Virus record (IMG/VR): IMGVR_UViG_3300044840_000109
Coordinates: 17,597 to 81,596 of that record
DNA: 64,000 nucleotides
Strand: one strand, 5' to 3'
Source: a virus
Lineage: Duplodnaviria; Caudoviricetes
The notes beneath the pieces are model-generated. The model ran no database searches, was not told the DNA's origin, and saw only the letters and a program-made list of their open reading frames with translations. The translations under genes and the position numbers were made by a program. Below, in pieces: positions 26,162-35,374 of this stretch (its first letter is position 1; each line of letters starts with the position of its first letter).

Positions 26162-26427
26162 TCGATCTCCAGCAGCTGCCACCCGGTCTCGTGCTCCAGG
26201 TCGCTCTGGGTGATCAGGCCGTAGTCGGGCTCGTCCACGATCGGCTCGACCGCGATCCGCGGCAGTTCGTGCGGGTCGGTCGCCAGGTGCATGACGGACG
26301 CGAAGCCGTTGATCTCCAGGCGCAGCGAGCCGTGCTCGGTTTCGAAGACCGCGATCTTGTCGGTGTTGTCGGGGAAGATCTGCAGCACCGAGCGGTCCAG
26401 GTACAGCGGGTCCAGGGGGCCGCTCAT
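26158..26427 (-). CDS. hypothetical protein
   Basis: Start trimmed to MSGPLD; coupled overlaps. Confidence 0.6.
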   Translation of the reverse strand: MSGPLDPLYLDRSVLQIFPDNTDKIAVFETEHGSLRLEINGFASVMHLATDPHELPRIAVEPIVDEPDYGLITQSDLEHETGWQLLEIE

Positions 26428-26678
26428 CGCCGTGCCTCGCGGTAGTCGTAGGCGTCGGCCATGTTGCGCAGGAGCGTCCACGGGTCCGGCGGGGTGGTGT
26501 CGTCCACTGGCGTGCCCGCGGGCAGCGCGAAGACGCGGAAATTGGGCGTACCCAGTTCCCCGGTCCAGCGGCCCCCGCACTCGCATACGTGCTCGTCGTG
26601 AGGCGGGTTCGTGAGGATGGCGCACTGGCACTGCGCGGCCATGGCGGTGCAGCGCGAGTCGGCGTTGGTGTGGTTCAC
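26424..26678 (-). CDS. Cys-containing hypothetical protein
   Basis: Start trimmed to GTG NHTNAD; coupled overlaps. Confidence 0.55.
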   Translation of the reverse strand: MNHTNADSRCTAMAAQCQCAILTNPPHDEHVCECGGRWTGELGTPNFRVFALPAGTPVDDTTPPDPWTLLRNMADAYDYREARR

Positions 26679-27127
26679 AGCATCCGTCCGATCAGCTGGG
26701 CGTTGTGGGGCTCCAGGTAGCGGCCCTTGGGTCCGTAGGTGAGCTGGCGCAGCGGCTCGGCGTCGACCAGGTACAGGCAGGCGGGGTCCAGGGCGACGGT
26801 GTGGGACATCTCGCGGGCGCTGGTGGCGATGAGCCGGGTGTGGGGGACGGATTCGCGCTGCAGGCGGGCGGCCAGGGCGTCGAGGAACTTGGTGTGCAGG
26901 TAGGTGACGATGGCGACGGGTTGCCCGGTGCCCCACAGTTCCCAGATCTGGTTCACGGCCAGGGAGTTGGTGGTGTAGAGGTTCAGCGCCTTGTCGGGGT
27001 GCAGGTAGCGGGCGCGGCGGGCGAATTTCTTCGCCGTGTAGTTCTCGCTGGGGACGGCGAGCATGCCCTCCCACACCACGTAGATGAGGCGGTTCTCGAC
27101 GTCGTTGGAGATCTCGCCCTTAATCAT
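26675..27127 (-). CDS. degenerate HAD-fold-like protein
   Basis: LIYVVWEGML resembles HAD motif I. Confidence 0.45.
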   Translation of the reverse strand: MIKGEISNDVENRLIYVVWEGMLAVPSENYTAKKFARRARYLHPDKALNLYTTNSLAVNQIWELWGTGQPVAIVTYLHTKFLDALAARLQRESVPHTRLIATSAREMSHTVALDPACLYLVDAEPLRQLTYGPKGRYLEPHNAQLIGRML

Positions 27128-27791
27128 TTCGGCCTCGCAGGTCGGGTCCGGCGACGGCGACGGTGACCGTGGCTTCCGCCATGAAGGAGCGCAGGGCGGG
27201 GGAGTAGCGGTTGGACCAGTCGGTGCCGGAGAGGTTGGTGGTGATGCCGGTGGGGCGACCCGCGCTGAACCGGGTGCGGAGCAGTTGCTCCAGGCGGTCC
27301 TCGGCGTAGCGGGTGTCGGTGGTGCGTTCGTGGCCTACGTCGTCCAGGACCACGAAGTACGCGGTCAGGGCGCGGTCCACGATGCGCGAGGCGCGGAAGG
27401 TGGTGATCTCGTCGCCCTCGTGTGAGTGCATGAGGAAGCGGGCGGCGTCCACGTAGTCGGGCCAGCGGGTGAAGAACACCGAGTGTTTGCTGCGGCGCAC
27501 TTCGCAGGCGACCGCGCAGGCCAGGGTGGTCTTCCCGGTGCCGGGAGGGCCGGCCAGGAGGAGTCCGCGGCCGAAGTCGCGGGGGTGCCGGGGCAGGCCG
27601 AGGGGGTCCAGGCGCTGCTGCTCGGGGAGGCCTTGGAGCCAGCGATGCACCGTGTCGCGCTCATCGATGATCCAGTCGGCGGGGTGGTCGCCGATTTCTC
27701 CCAGGCGCAGGTTGCGGTAGCGGGCGGGGATGCCGGTGTCGATCCACAGCGCCTTCTCCGGGTCCATGTCCTCGGTGATGCGCAGGCTCAT
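27120..27791 (-). CDS. DnaC/IstB-like helicase loader ATPase
   Basis: GIPARY, GPPGTGKT, VLDDVG, ITTN. Confidence 0.88.
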   Translation of the reverse strand: MSLRITEDMDPEKALWIDTGIPARYRNLRLGEIGDHPADWIIDERDTVHRWLQGLPEQQRLDPLGLPRHPRDFGRGLLLAGPPGTGKTTLACAVACEVRRSKHSVFFTRWPDYVDAARFLMHSHEGDEITTFRASRIVDRALTAYFVVLDDVGHERTTDTRYAEDRLEQLLRTRFSAGRPTGITTNLSGTDWSNRYSPALRSFMAEATVTVAVAGPDLRGRND

Positions 27792-28372
27792 GTGCGCGTC
27801 CAGGAGGCCGTGAACAGGTCGTCGGCTCCCTGGTCGTGGGTGGCCGGGGTGTTCCAGTCGCTGTAGCTCTCGGGGGTCTGGGAGACGCCCGTCTCGGACA
27901 GGCGCTTGAGCAGGGTGTGGCGGCGCCACTTGAAGTCCCAGACGAACGCCTTGTCGGGTACGCGTCCGCCGAGCTGGGTGAAATACAGGTCGACCATGGC
28001 GCGGCAGGTGCCGGGGGTGACGTCGAGTCGCAGCAACTCGGAGAAAATCGCCACGATGGCGCGGAAATTGGAGAACTCCAGTCCCGTGGACCAGCTGCGG
28101 CGGGGGCAGGCGTTGAGGAAGTACGTGGCCAGGCCAGTCGCGGAGTCGGGCTTGGGGGTGCGTCCCCTGGGGCGGCCCTGTGAGGCCTCGGAGCGAGCGG
28201 GGCGCCCTGAGGGACTGACCTCGTCTGCGAGGCCGCGAGAGGTGCCTTGGAGATTTTTCTCGGCCCCCCCGAGGAGCGAGTCCCCCGCGGCTGTCTGGTC
28301 CAGGGCGTCGTCTTCGTCCACGAACTTGCGATTCATCAGGTCTCCTGTGCGGACGGGTAGTTGACTTGTCAT
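27788..28372 (-). CDS. replication-associated protein (initiator C-terminal-like)
   Basis: 194 aa, directly upstream of the loader and downstream of the HTH initiator-like gene. Confidence 0.5.
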   Translation of the reverse strand: MTSQLPVRTGDLMNRKFVDEDDALDQTAAGDSLLGGAEKNLQGTSRGLADEVSPSGRPARSEASQGRPRGRTPKPDSATGLATYFLNACPRRSWSTGLEFSNFRAIVAIFSELLRLDVTPGTCRAMVDLYFTQLGGRVPDKAFVWDFKWRRHTLLKRLSETGVSQTPESYSDWNTPATHDQGADDLFTASWTRT

Positions 28373-28392
28373 GCGTCCGTCAGGACGCAGAT

Positions 28393-28532
28393 ATAAAGAG
28401 ACGTAGTCTCTTTATTAAGGTGCTCTAGCTCTCGCTCTTGCTCCCTGCACACACGCACACGTGCATGCACATGCACGCGCTCGACGTGTCAGTTGAGGGG
28501 TCAGTTGCGAGTCCACACGCGGGGTCAGTTGC
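28393..28532. repeat. candidate replication origin: AT-rich hairpin, alternating pur/pyr tract and iteron-like repeats
   Basis: ATAAAGAGAC-GTA-GTCTCTTTAT (28393-28415); 35-bp perfect Y/R alternation (28446-28480); GTCAGTTG three times (28488, 28500, 28524). Confidence 0.55.
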
Positions 28533-28946
28533 TCGCTCACGCGCCACGCGGATTTCCGCTTCGAATTCATTCCACTGGCGGATAAGCAGACCGATCGCCA
28601 GGTCGACCTGCATCCCGCGGTGCATTCCGTCGCGCAGGGACTGGACGGGCCCGAACACCGAGTCGACAGAGACGTCGGCGACCCGCACATGCGTCTCAGT
28701 ACGGGCCCCGGGCCATGCCAGCACCCGCACCAGCCCGACACCCCGCAGGTCAGCCAGGGCGCGCTTGACCGTGGTGGGGGAGCACTCCATCTCGGTGGCC
28801 AGGTCGTCCTGGCCCATGAGGGCGTAGGACCAGCCCGTGACCTGGTCGAAATTCGTCTCGGTGTGGGTGAGCAGGTAGGTGTAGGCCACCTGGGCACGGA
28901 GCGGTACGCGGTCGAGAATTTCGTCCACGGAAATCGGGGCGGTCAT
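28425..28946 (-). CDS. winged-HTH replication initiator-like protein
   Basis: AYTYLL...GQDDLATEMECSPTTVKRALADLRGVGLV. Confidence 0.7.
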   Translation of the reverse strand: MTAPISVDEILDRVPLRAQVAYTYLLTHTETNFDQVTGWSYALMGQDDLATEMECSPTTVKRALADLRGVGLVRVLAWPGARTETHVRVADVSVDSVFGPVQSLRDGMHRGMQVDLAIGLLIRQWNEFEAEIRVARERATDPACGLATDPSTDTSSACMCMHVCVCAGSKSES

Positions 28947-28983
28947 GGTAATCTCCGAATCGCCTAGGGATGCACTGCGGACT

Positions 28984-29025
28984 GCGGCCTCGACAGGGCG
29001 GCTCGAACTAACCTGTCGGGGCCGC
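28984..29025 (-). terminator. hairpin terminator
   Basis: GCGGCCTCGACAGG/CCTGTCGGGGCCGC 14-bp stem just after the stop at 29032. Confidence 0.55.
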
Positions 29026-29031
29026 TGCTAT

Positions 29032-29889
29032 TTATCCGCGCGGTACCAGTCGTGTCTGCACGCCCTTCTTGGGCCGACCGCGTCCCGCGCGCTCCCACTG
29101 GCCCGACTCGGGGTTGAAAATCTCCATGTAGGCCTTGGTCGTCTTTTCCGTCGACGTGGGCTTGGGCGCGAGGATGGCGCGGGCGGCTACGAGCGACTGG
29201 GAGACCTCGGGGATGCGCTGGTCGAACGTGAGGCGCAGGGTGTCCATGACCTCGTCGGCCTGGCTGAGCGCTGCCTGCACCGCCGCGGCCTCGGCGCGCG
29301 TCAGGACGGTGTCGGGCCCCTCATCCACGACCAGGGCGAGCTGCCCCGAGGACTCCTCCTCGATCACGGGCGGCGCCTCGTAGCCCTCGGGCAGGTCGCG
29401 CCAGTCGAGCTGGAACAGGGCCCGGGTCAGGTCGTAGACGGGGATGTCGTGGGTCAGGCACTGCGCGGCGAGCCACGCGGCGTCCTCGTCCAACGCCCCG
29501 TCGGTCGTCAGCACCAGGAGCATCGGGTTTTCCGCGCCCTGCAGGTAGGCGTACAGCCCTGTGGGGACGCTGGTGACCTGCACCTGGTCGTCGGGCGATT
29601 CCAGGGACTCCCGGATGGTGGTGATGATCTTGCTGTCGCTCCCGTCGCGCAGGAGCTTGAAGGGCAGCTCGCAGCGCATGACCCACTGCCACACGTTCTC
29701 GACGCCCTCGCCCGTTCCCTCACCCGCGGGGATCAGAACGTTGATCTTGTACATCTCGGAGGGGGCGAAGTAGCCCTCCTCGTCGGGCTTGCCGAGGGAA
29801 AACTGGTCGTTCAGGACGTCGCACACCAGGTCGTGTGCGATTTCTCCGGTCCCGATGATTCCGATGGTGACTGGGCGCAGCTCTGCCAT
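29032..29889 (-). CDS. acidic hypothetical protein
   Basis: 285 aa after GGAGG SD; first gene of the replication block. Confidence 0.75.
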   Translation of the reverse strand: MAELRPVTIGIIGTGEIAHDLVCDVLNDQFSLGKPDEEGYFAPSEMYKINVLIPAGEGTGEGVENVWQWVMRCELPFKLLRDGSDSKIITTIRESLESPDDQVQVTSVPTGLYAYLQGAENPMLLVLTTDGALDEDAAWLAAQCLTHDIPVYDLTRALFQLDWRDLPEGYEAPPVIEEESSGQLALVVDEGPDTVLTRAEAAAVQAALSQADEVMDTLRLTFDQRIPEVSQSLVAARAILAPKPTSTEKTTKAYMEIFNPESGQWERAGRGRPKKGVQTRLVPRG

Positions 29890-30008
29890 TGGTCCTCCGT
29901 CTGGTGGTTCGGCGTGGACTGATAATCACCCCCTGAGGGCGGTCGAAAATCGCACGACGCGAAAATCGGATAGAACTTCATCCGCGTGGCGCAGTTAGCC
30001 CGTCCGTG

Positions 30009-30314
30009 TCATTGGGGCCCTGGCACACGGATTCGTGGGCGTCGCACAAGGGCCGTGGTGGTGTCGCGGGATCGATATTCCTGGAGTGTCGACATGACCG
30101 CGTGCAGGAGCGTCACGCCGCCCGAGATCGCCAGGACGCGGTATGCCTGGGTGTGCGGATGGGTGTAGAACCAGTCCGCGACGCCGACGAGCAACATGCA
30201 GGCCAGCAGGTCGCGCAGGTAGGGGCCGAGGATCTCCCCGGTGGCGTGCATGAGGGGGCGCACCAGGATGGACCAGAGAAAGAAAATCGCGAACGTGACG
30301 ACGACGAGGTTGAT
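30009..30314 (-). CDS. membrane protein, probable ATC start
   Basis: Open frame extends 17 codons upstream of GTG 30263 to ATC-AAC-CTC (M/I-NLVVVTFAIFFLW) after AAGGGG SD. Confidence 0.5.
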   Translation of the reverse strand: MNLVVVTFAIFFLWSILVRPLMHATGEILGPYLRDLLACMLLVGVADWFYTHPHTQAYRVLAISGGVTLLHAVMSTLQEYRSRDTTTALVRRPRIRVPGPQ

Positions 30315-30324
30315 GGCGCACCCC

Positions 30325-32403
30325 TTAGGAGGGCGGTGCCGCGTACACGATCTGGTAGCTGGCGCCGACGGGGAGAGAGCGCTTGATGGCTCGGTCGAGA
30401 CGGTATTGATTCACGGTTTTGCCCCGGTAATAGTGCGAGCGCGTCTCCCCGGTGGCGGGGCGCGTGTCGGTCGGGGGCTCCCACATGTAGTCCGAGGATG
30501 GCGAATTTCCGTCGAAGTAGGGGCGCAGTTCGCTGGTCACTTCGGCGAGGACCTGGTCGAGGTAGAACTCCATTGCTCCGATCGTGGTCCAGGGCCCGTT
30601 CTGGACCAGCGCGGAGTAGAGGTTCCCGGCCGCGTCGTTGACGGTGTCCGCGGCGGAGTAGGTGGTGGTGGCCGACCAGGTGCCGCGGCTGCCCACACCG
30701 GTGGTGCCGAGGTCCTGCCAGATCTGGGTGTTGGTGCCGGGGGGGACGGCCTGGAAGAGCGTGTTGACGTCGCTCGCGGCGTAGCCGACGTTGACGATGG
30801 CCGGGCCCCCGAAGTCGGCGGTGGTGGTGACGGTGACCGACAGGCGCACGAACCCGGTGGTGCCGGGGGGCTGGATCGGGGAGGAGGTGCCGCGCACCAG
30901 GGCGTGGCCGTCGTGCGCCCAGATGGTGATGGGCAGCGCGGAGCTGAGGTGGCGCACGTAGGCGCTGTAGGTGACCCGGGTGCCAGCTGGAACGAGGTCG
31001 ATGGCGACCATGGAGGCCACGGTGGTGTCGGTGCGCGTGCCGATGCCCATCCACGGCGTCGCGCCGGAGCCGATCAGGGAGGCGGTGGGCATCGTGATGA
31101 CCTTGAACGCCCCGCATGCGCCGCCGTTGAAGCCGCCCGTGGTGTTGCGGGACCACGTTCCGGCGACGCCGCTGGGCAGCTGGATCACCCAGCCGGCCAG
31201 GTCGTTGTAGAACCCGGGGTTCTGGCACAGGTTGATGCGGTTCGCGGTCGGCTTGATGACGGCGGTCTTCGGAGCCTGCCAGGCCCTGGCGGGGGAGGTG
31301 CCCACGGCGGACTGGTTGCGGCTGGCGGGCACGAAGAGACGGTGTTCGTCCACGTAGTACGTCATGGTGGTGACGGCGCTGCCGGTGGTCACGCGCGGCA
31401 CGACGGCGGCGTAGACGGCGGTGCTCATGAGGGTGGCGGACATGGTGATGGTCTGCCATTGCAGGGAGCCCAGTGCGGCTGTGGTGGCGGAGTTGGTGGA
31501 CGCGATCTGGGCGCCGTTGACGTCGTACTGCAGCAGCGTGATGCCCACGTTGGAGCCGGCGGCCAGGGTGGCGATGGCGATTTGCGCGACCAGGAACGTG
31601 CCGCCCTGCACCCGGGCGTAGGCCTCGGGGGTGGGGTTGACGGTGAACACGGTCTGTCCGGAGCCGGAGCCCACCGGTGATCCGGGCGGGGGGTTGTACG
31701 TCGCGGAGCTGTAGGTGGCGCGGGCTGTTTTCAGCGCCGTGTAGGAGCCCCACAGTTGCAGGTTGGTGTACGTGTTGGCGGTCAGCGGGGTGGTGTAGGT
31801 GTACAGGCCGCTGAAGGTGCCGCAGGACGCGAAGGTATTGGTGCGCGCGAAGCTCTCGCCGCCGTCCAGCGCTGCTGCCTGGTAGTACAGGCGCCCTTCG
31901 TAGGAGGCCTGGTCCAGGGAGAGCAGGTTGATGCCGGTGCGGTCGCTGTACTGGTCCTTGCCGTTGCCCGGCGTCTGCTCGAACTGCAGGTAGGTGACGT
32001 ACTGCGTGCTGGAGATGGGCATGACGTCGGTGTTGATCGTCAGGCGGGCGTACGCGGCGCGGTTGTAGATCAGCCCGGCCGGCCCCGGGGTGTAGTCGGT
32101 GGGCGCGGAGGCGGTGATGGACACGCGCTGCCAGGCGTTGACGGTGTCCGAGGGGGCCTTGCGGACCGTGATGTCGGTGACGGCGGTGATCTGGGGGTCG
32201 GAGTACTCCGAGCCGGAGGAGAAAGCGACCAGTGCGAAGTCATCGAATGCGCCGGCGATGGAGTTCTGTGTGATGGTCGCGGTGCCCGAGGACGCGGAGG
32301 ACCCGCTCATGGTGACGGGGGTGAGCAGGAGCAGGGCGAAGGAAGCGCTGCCGGAGGAGGCGGAGGATCCGGTCAGGGTGACGGGCGTGAAGGTGGTCGT
32401 CAT
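30325..32403 (-). CDS. tail fibre / minor tail protein with carbohydrate-binding-like modules
   Basis: Start MTTTFTPV after the ATGA overlap; NLCQNPGF and W...T.Y motifs. Confidence 0.7.
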   Translation of the reverse strand: MTTTFTPVTLTGSSASSGSASFALLLLTPVTMSGSSASSGTATITQNSIAGAFDDFALVAFSSGSEYSDPQITAVTDITVRKAPSDTVNAWQRVSITASAPTDYTPGPAGLIYNRAAYARLTINTDVMPISSTQYVTYLQFEQTPGNGKDQYSDRTGINLLSLDQASYEGRLYYQAAALDGGESFARTNTFASCGTFSGLYTYTTPLTANTYTNLQLWGSYTALKTARATYSSATYNPPPGSPVGSGSGQTVFTVNPTPEAYARVQGGTFLVAQIAIATLAAGSNVGITLLQYDVNGAQIASTNSATTAALGSLQWQTITMSATLMSTAVYAAVVPRVTTGSAVTTMTYYVDEHRLFVPASRNQSAVGTSPARAWQAPKTAVIKPTANRINLCQNPGFYNDLAGWVIQLPSGVAGTWSRNTTGGFNGGACGAFKVITMPTASLIGSGATPWMGIGTRTDTTVASMVAIDLVPAGTRVTYSAYVRHLSSALPITIWAHDGHALVRGTSSPIQPPGTTGFVRLSVTVTTTADFGGPAIVNVGYAASDVNTLFQAVPPGTNTQIWQDLGTTGVGSRGTWSATTTYSAADTVNDAAGNLYSALVQNGPWTTIGAMEFYLDQVLAEVTSELRPYFDGNSPSSDYMWEPPTDTRPATGETRSHYYRGKTVNQYRLDRAIKRSLPVGASYQIVYAAPPS

Positions 32404-35366
32404 CAGATCCTGATCCGTTCCAGTAGCCCGTAGCCGGTCTGGGCGTTGAAGTTGGTCAGCGCCGAGGTGGCCAGTAGCGTCTCGACGCCCGGCGCGGTGC
32501 GCACGTAGACGTTGATCAACGTGGCGGAGACGTTGACGCGCATGCGCATGCCGTCGCTGACCGGCGTGGCGTAGGTGGCGACCGTGGTCGACGTCGCGGA
32601 GGCCAGGAACCCGGACGCGTAGGTCAGTGCGGTCCACGTCAGGCGGTCGCGTGAGGCCAGCCAGTACCCGGCCGACCCGCCGCGGAAGTAGATGCCGTGC
32701 TCCATGGTGTTGCTGACGTCGAACGGCGCGGAGACGAACGTGGCATAGACGGTGTCCAGCGGGGCCGAGGTGCCGAACAGCCATTGGCGGTCGAACCAGA
32801 GCACACGGCCGGCCTGCATCTGCTCCAGCATGGTGGTGGTGCCGCCGGGGGTGTTCCAGCCGGAGCCGTGGACGATGTTGTCTATGTTCTCCCACGTCCC
32901 GTAGGTGACCACCCAGGGGATTCCGGTGCCCTGCTGCCAGGCGACCGGAGTGCTCCAGCCGGTCGGCGGCGCAGCGGTGAACGACTGCGGGTAGGTGCTG
33001 CCGTCGGTGTTGAAGTGATCGATGACCTGCTGGGTGCCTGTCCCGCGGACGTCGGCGGTACCCACCAGTGCGCCGAACTGGTCGTACCAGTCGATGCGCG
33101 GGCGCACGAACTGCCCGCTCCCGGTCGCGGTGCGGTAGTGGTAGGCGGAGAACGTGTACTGCCGCCGCGCCGGCCCCAGCCAGCGCCACCAAATATTGTC
33201 CGTGGTGTACCCGGTCGGCGAGGCGCCCTGCGGCACGGCCTTGGCCGCCTGGTAGATGGCGTCGCGCCACTGCACCTCGACGCCCTTGGCGTAGGTGGCG
33301 GTCGCCGACCACGTAGCGGTCTGCTTCAGCGCGATGCCCTGGGTCTGCACCAGCGCCGGCTCGGGCAGGGTGGCGTTCTTCAGCGACGTCAGGCGCCACT
33401 TGGCGGGGCTGGTGGAGGGCGTGTCGCCGACGGTGTAACTGCGGGCGACGTACACCGCACCCGTGGTGGGGGTGTTCCACAGCACGGGCTGCCCGGCGTA
33501 GTACGCAGTCGTGGACACCCATGTTGCGGCCTGTACCTCGCCGCAGGTGAAGATGGTGTTCCGCCCCACCGTTGCGCCGCTGAACGTGTTGTACATCAGC
33601 GCGTTGCCGGGCCCCGGTGATCCGGTGGACAGCGTGGTCGCGGCCTGCGGGACGATCCCGAAATTGCCGGAGTTGCCGTCGATGAAGAAATTGTCGTTGC
33701 GCGGGTTGACCGCGCCGTCCGCGTACTGGACGTTCCAGATGCCCTGCCCGTCGGTCAGCCAGTTGCGTTCCGCATCCGCGTCGTAGTACGCGGACAGCCC
33801 CGTCTGGGTCCAGGCCGCGGCGCTGCCCGCAACGCCCGTCGGGGCGACGCCGTAGTTCTGTACGGAGCTGGTGGACTGCAGGGTGGCGTGGGCGATGAAA
33901 ATGTCGTAGCCGCTGCTGATCGCCTGCTTGCCGGTGACGGTGAAAGTCAGCGTGATGTCCCCACCGGGGGTGAACGTCCCGATGTAGACGGTCTGCGCCA
34001 TCTGCCGGCTGGGGGCGTACATGTCTGCGGACCACCCCGCCACGAGGCTGCCGTTCACGGTCGCGCTGATCTGACCGCCGAAGGGGTCCTTGACCAGCGT
34101 GACGAACAAGTTGAACACGGTGCCGGTGATGCCTGCGACCATGGGCACGAACACCGTCGCGGAGGATCCGATGGCCGCGCCCAGCATGCGCATGTAGCCC
34201 CGGTCCACACCCGCCAGCGGGTCGCCCACGCGCACCAGGCCGCCGGGGGGCACAGAGGCACCGCCGGCGATGTTGTAGAAGCTGTACGTCTCCGAACCGC
34301 CGTACGCGAAATACGTCTGTCCCAGGTAGGTGACCACGTCGCCCAGGTTCGGAGCCTGGTACCCGGCCAGATAATAGGTTGTGGGATCCCACGGTTTGGC
34401 GAGCGTGGAGTCGAACGTCGAGGAGTCCAGCGTCGGCAGTTGGTTGTAGCCGATCCTCGTCGTGGTCTTCCACCCGGTCAGGTCGGTGACCAGCTCGGCG
34501 AGCGCGCTGGCGCTGCCGGCGCGGCGTTGGATCGCGTTGGCGTCGCGCACGAAACTGCGCCGCAGTTCCGGCATCGCCGGCAACCGCGAGTCGATGCCCA
34601 TCTGCTGCGCGATCAGACCGAGCTGGCGGTCGCTGCACCGCTCGATGTCGTTCATCCGCAGCAGCGAGTCGTTCTCGGACTTCATGATGTCCAGGCCCCA
34701 CCCGAACATCGACACGAAATCGAAGAGGTCGTCGTTGACGGGGATGGAACTGGCGGTGGTCTCCACCGTGGCGACCTTGTAGGGCCGCGGGATCAGGTCG
34801 TAGAGCATGCTGCGGTACCCGGCGTCCGCGAGCGCCAGGCCCACCACACCGGACCCGCAGCGGAACCACGGCGTCGTCACCGGCGTCGTCGCCCAGATCG
34901 CGGCGTTGGTGCCGGGGGTGACGTTCAGGGTGTTGAGGGCGAGGCAGATGTAGTTGACCGAGGAGAACACCGCCAGGTCCCCGGGCTGGTAGGTCTGCGT
35001 GGTGGAGTAGGTGGTGATGCCCGACGCCACGAACAGCCCGTAGTAGTACAGGCGCCCGGGGACCACCGTGTTGTCCAGGAACGTGTTGCTGATCCCGAGC
35101 GCGGGGTCGGTGTTGCCCGATGCCTGGTCCAGGCACACCCACCCGTCGTCCTCGGTGTCCGGCACACCCCAGGAGTTGCGCACCAGGCGCTGGCGCGACC
35201 AGGCGGGGGGCACCGTGCCCGACGTCTGGTAGGGGGTGGTCCAGGTGACCTGCAGCGCTCCGTACTGGTCCTGGGCGCAGCTCATCGGGTCGCAGGAGAA
35301 ATAGGCCTGCGACCCGGCGATGCCGTAGAGGGACCGTCCGTAGATGTCCAGGCCGTACGTCGCCAC
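32403..35366 (-). CDS. baseplate wedge/tail fibre protein (P2 gpI-like segment)
   Basis: LGLIAQQMGI...RRSFVRDA..I.RRAGS..L..LV..LTGW plus repeated W.....Y..G..V modules. Confidence 0.7.
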   Translation of the reverse strand: MATYGLDIYGRSLYGIAGSQAYFSCDPMSCAQDQYGALQVTWTTPYQTSGTVPPAWSRQRLVRNSWGVPDTEDDGWVCLDQASGNTDPALGISNTFLDNTVVPGRLYYYGLFVASGITTYSTTQTYQPGDLAVFSSVNYICLALNTLNVTPGTNAAIWATTPVTTPWFRCGSGVVGLALADAGYRSMLYDLIPRPYKVATVETTASSIPVNDDLFDFVSMFGWGLDIMKSENDSLLRMNDIERCSDRQLGLIAQQMGIDSRLPAMPELRRSFVRDANAIQRRAGSASALAELVTDLTGWKTTTRIGYNQLPTLDSSTFDSTLAKPWDPTTYYLAGYQAPNLGDVVTYLGQTYFAYGGSETYSFYNIAGGASVPPGGLVRVGDPLAGVDRGYMRMLGAAIGSSATVFVPMVAGITGTVFNLFVTLVKDPFGGQISATVNGSLVAGWSADMYAPSRQMAQTVYIGTFTPGGDITLTFTVTGKQAISSGYDIFIAHATLQSTSSVQNYGVAPTGVAGSAAAWTQTGLSAYYDADAERNWLTDGQGIWNVQYADGAVNPRNDNFFIDGNSGNFGIVPQAATTLSTGSPGPGNALMYNTFSGATVGRNTIFTCGEVQAATWVSTTAYYAGQPVLWNTPTTGAVYVARSYTVGDTPSTSPAKWRLTSLKNATLPEPALVQTQGIALKQTATWSATATYAKGVEVQWRDAIYQAAKAVPQGASPTGYTTDNIWWRWLGPARRQYTFSAYHYRTATGSGQFVRPRIDWYDQFGALVGTADVRGTGTQQVIDHFNTDGSTYPQSFTAAPPTGWSTPVAWQQGTGIPWVVTYGTWENIDNIVHGSGWNTPGGTTTMLEQMQAGRVLWFDRQWLFGTSAPLDTVYATFVSAPFDVSNTMEHGIYFRGGSAGYWLASRDRLTWTALTYASGFLASATSTTVATYATPVSDGMRMRVNVSATLINVYVRTAPGVETLLATSALTNFNAQTGYGLLERIRI

Positions 35367-35374
35367 AGTCGTCC

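Noticed and set aside
30325-35142. 1605-aa ORF and other long N-terminal extensions in the ORF track (3633..4568, 7683..9368, 15159..16367)
   Set aside because: The upstream parts are out-of-frame overlaps of real genes; starts were trimmed to coupled codons.
30325-35366. Diversity-generating retroelement or invertible fibre cassette
   Set aside because: No reverse transcriptase, no TR/VR repeat pair and no inverted repeats recognised around the fibre genes.
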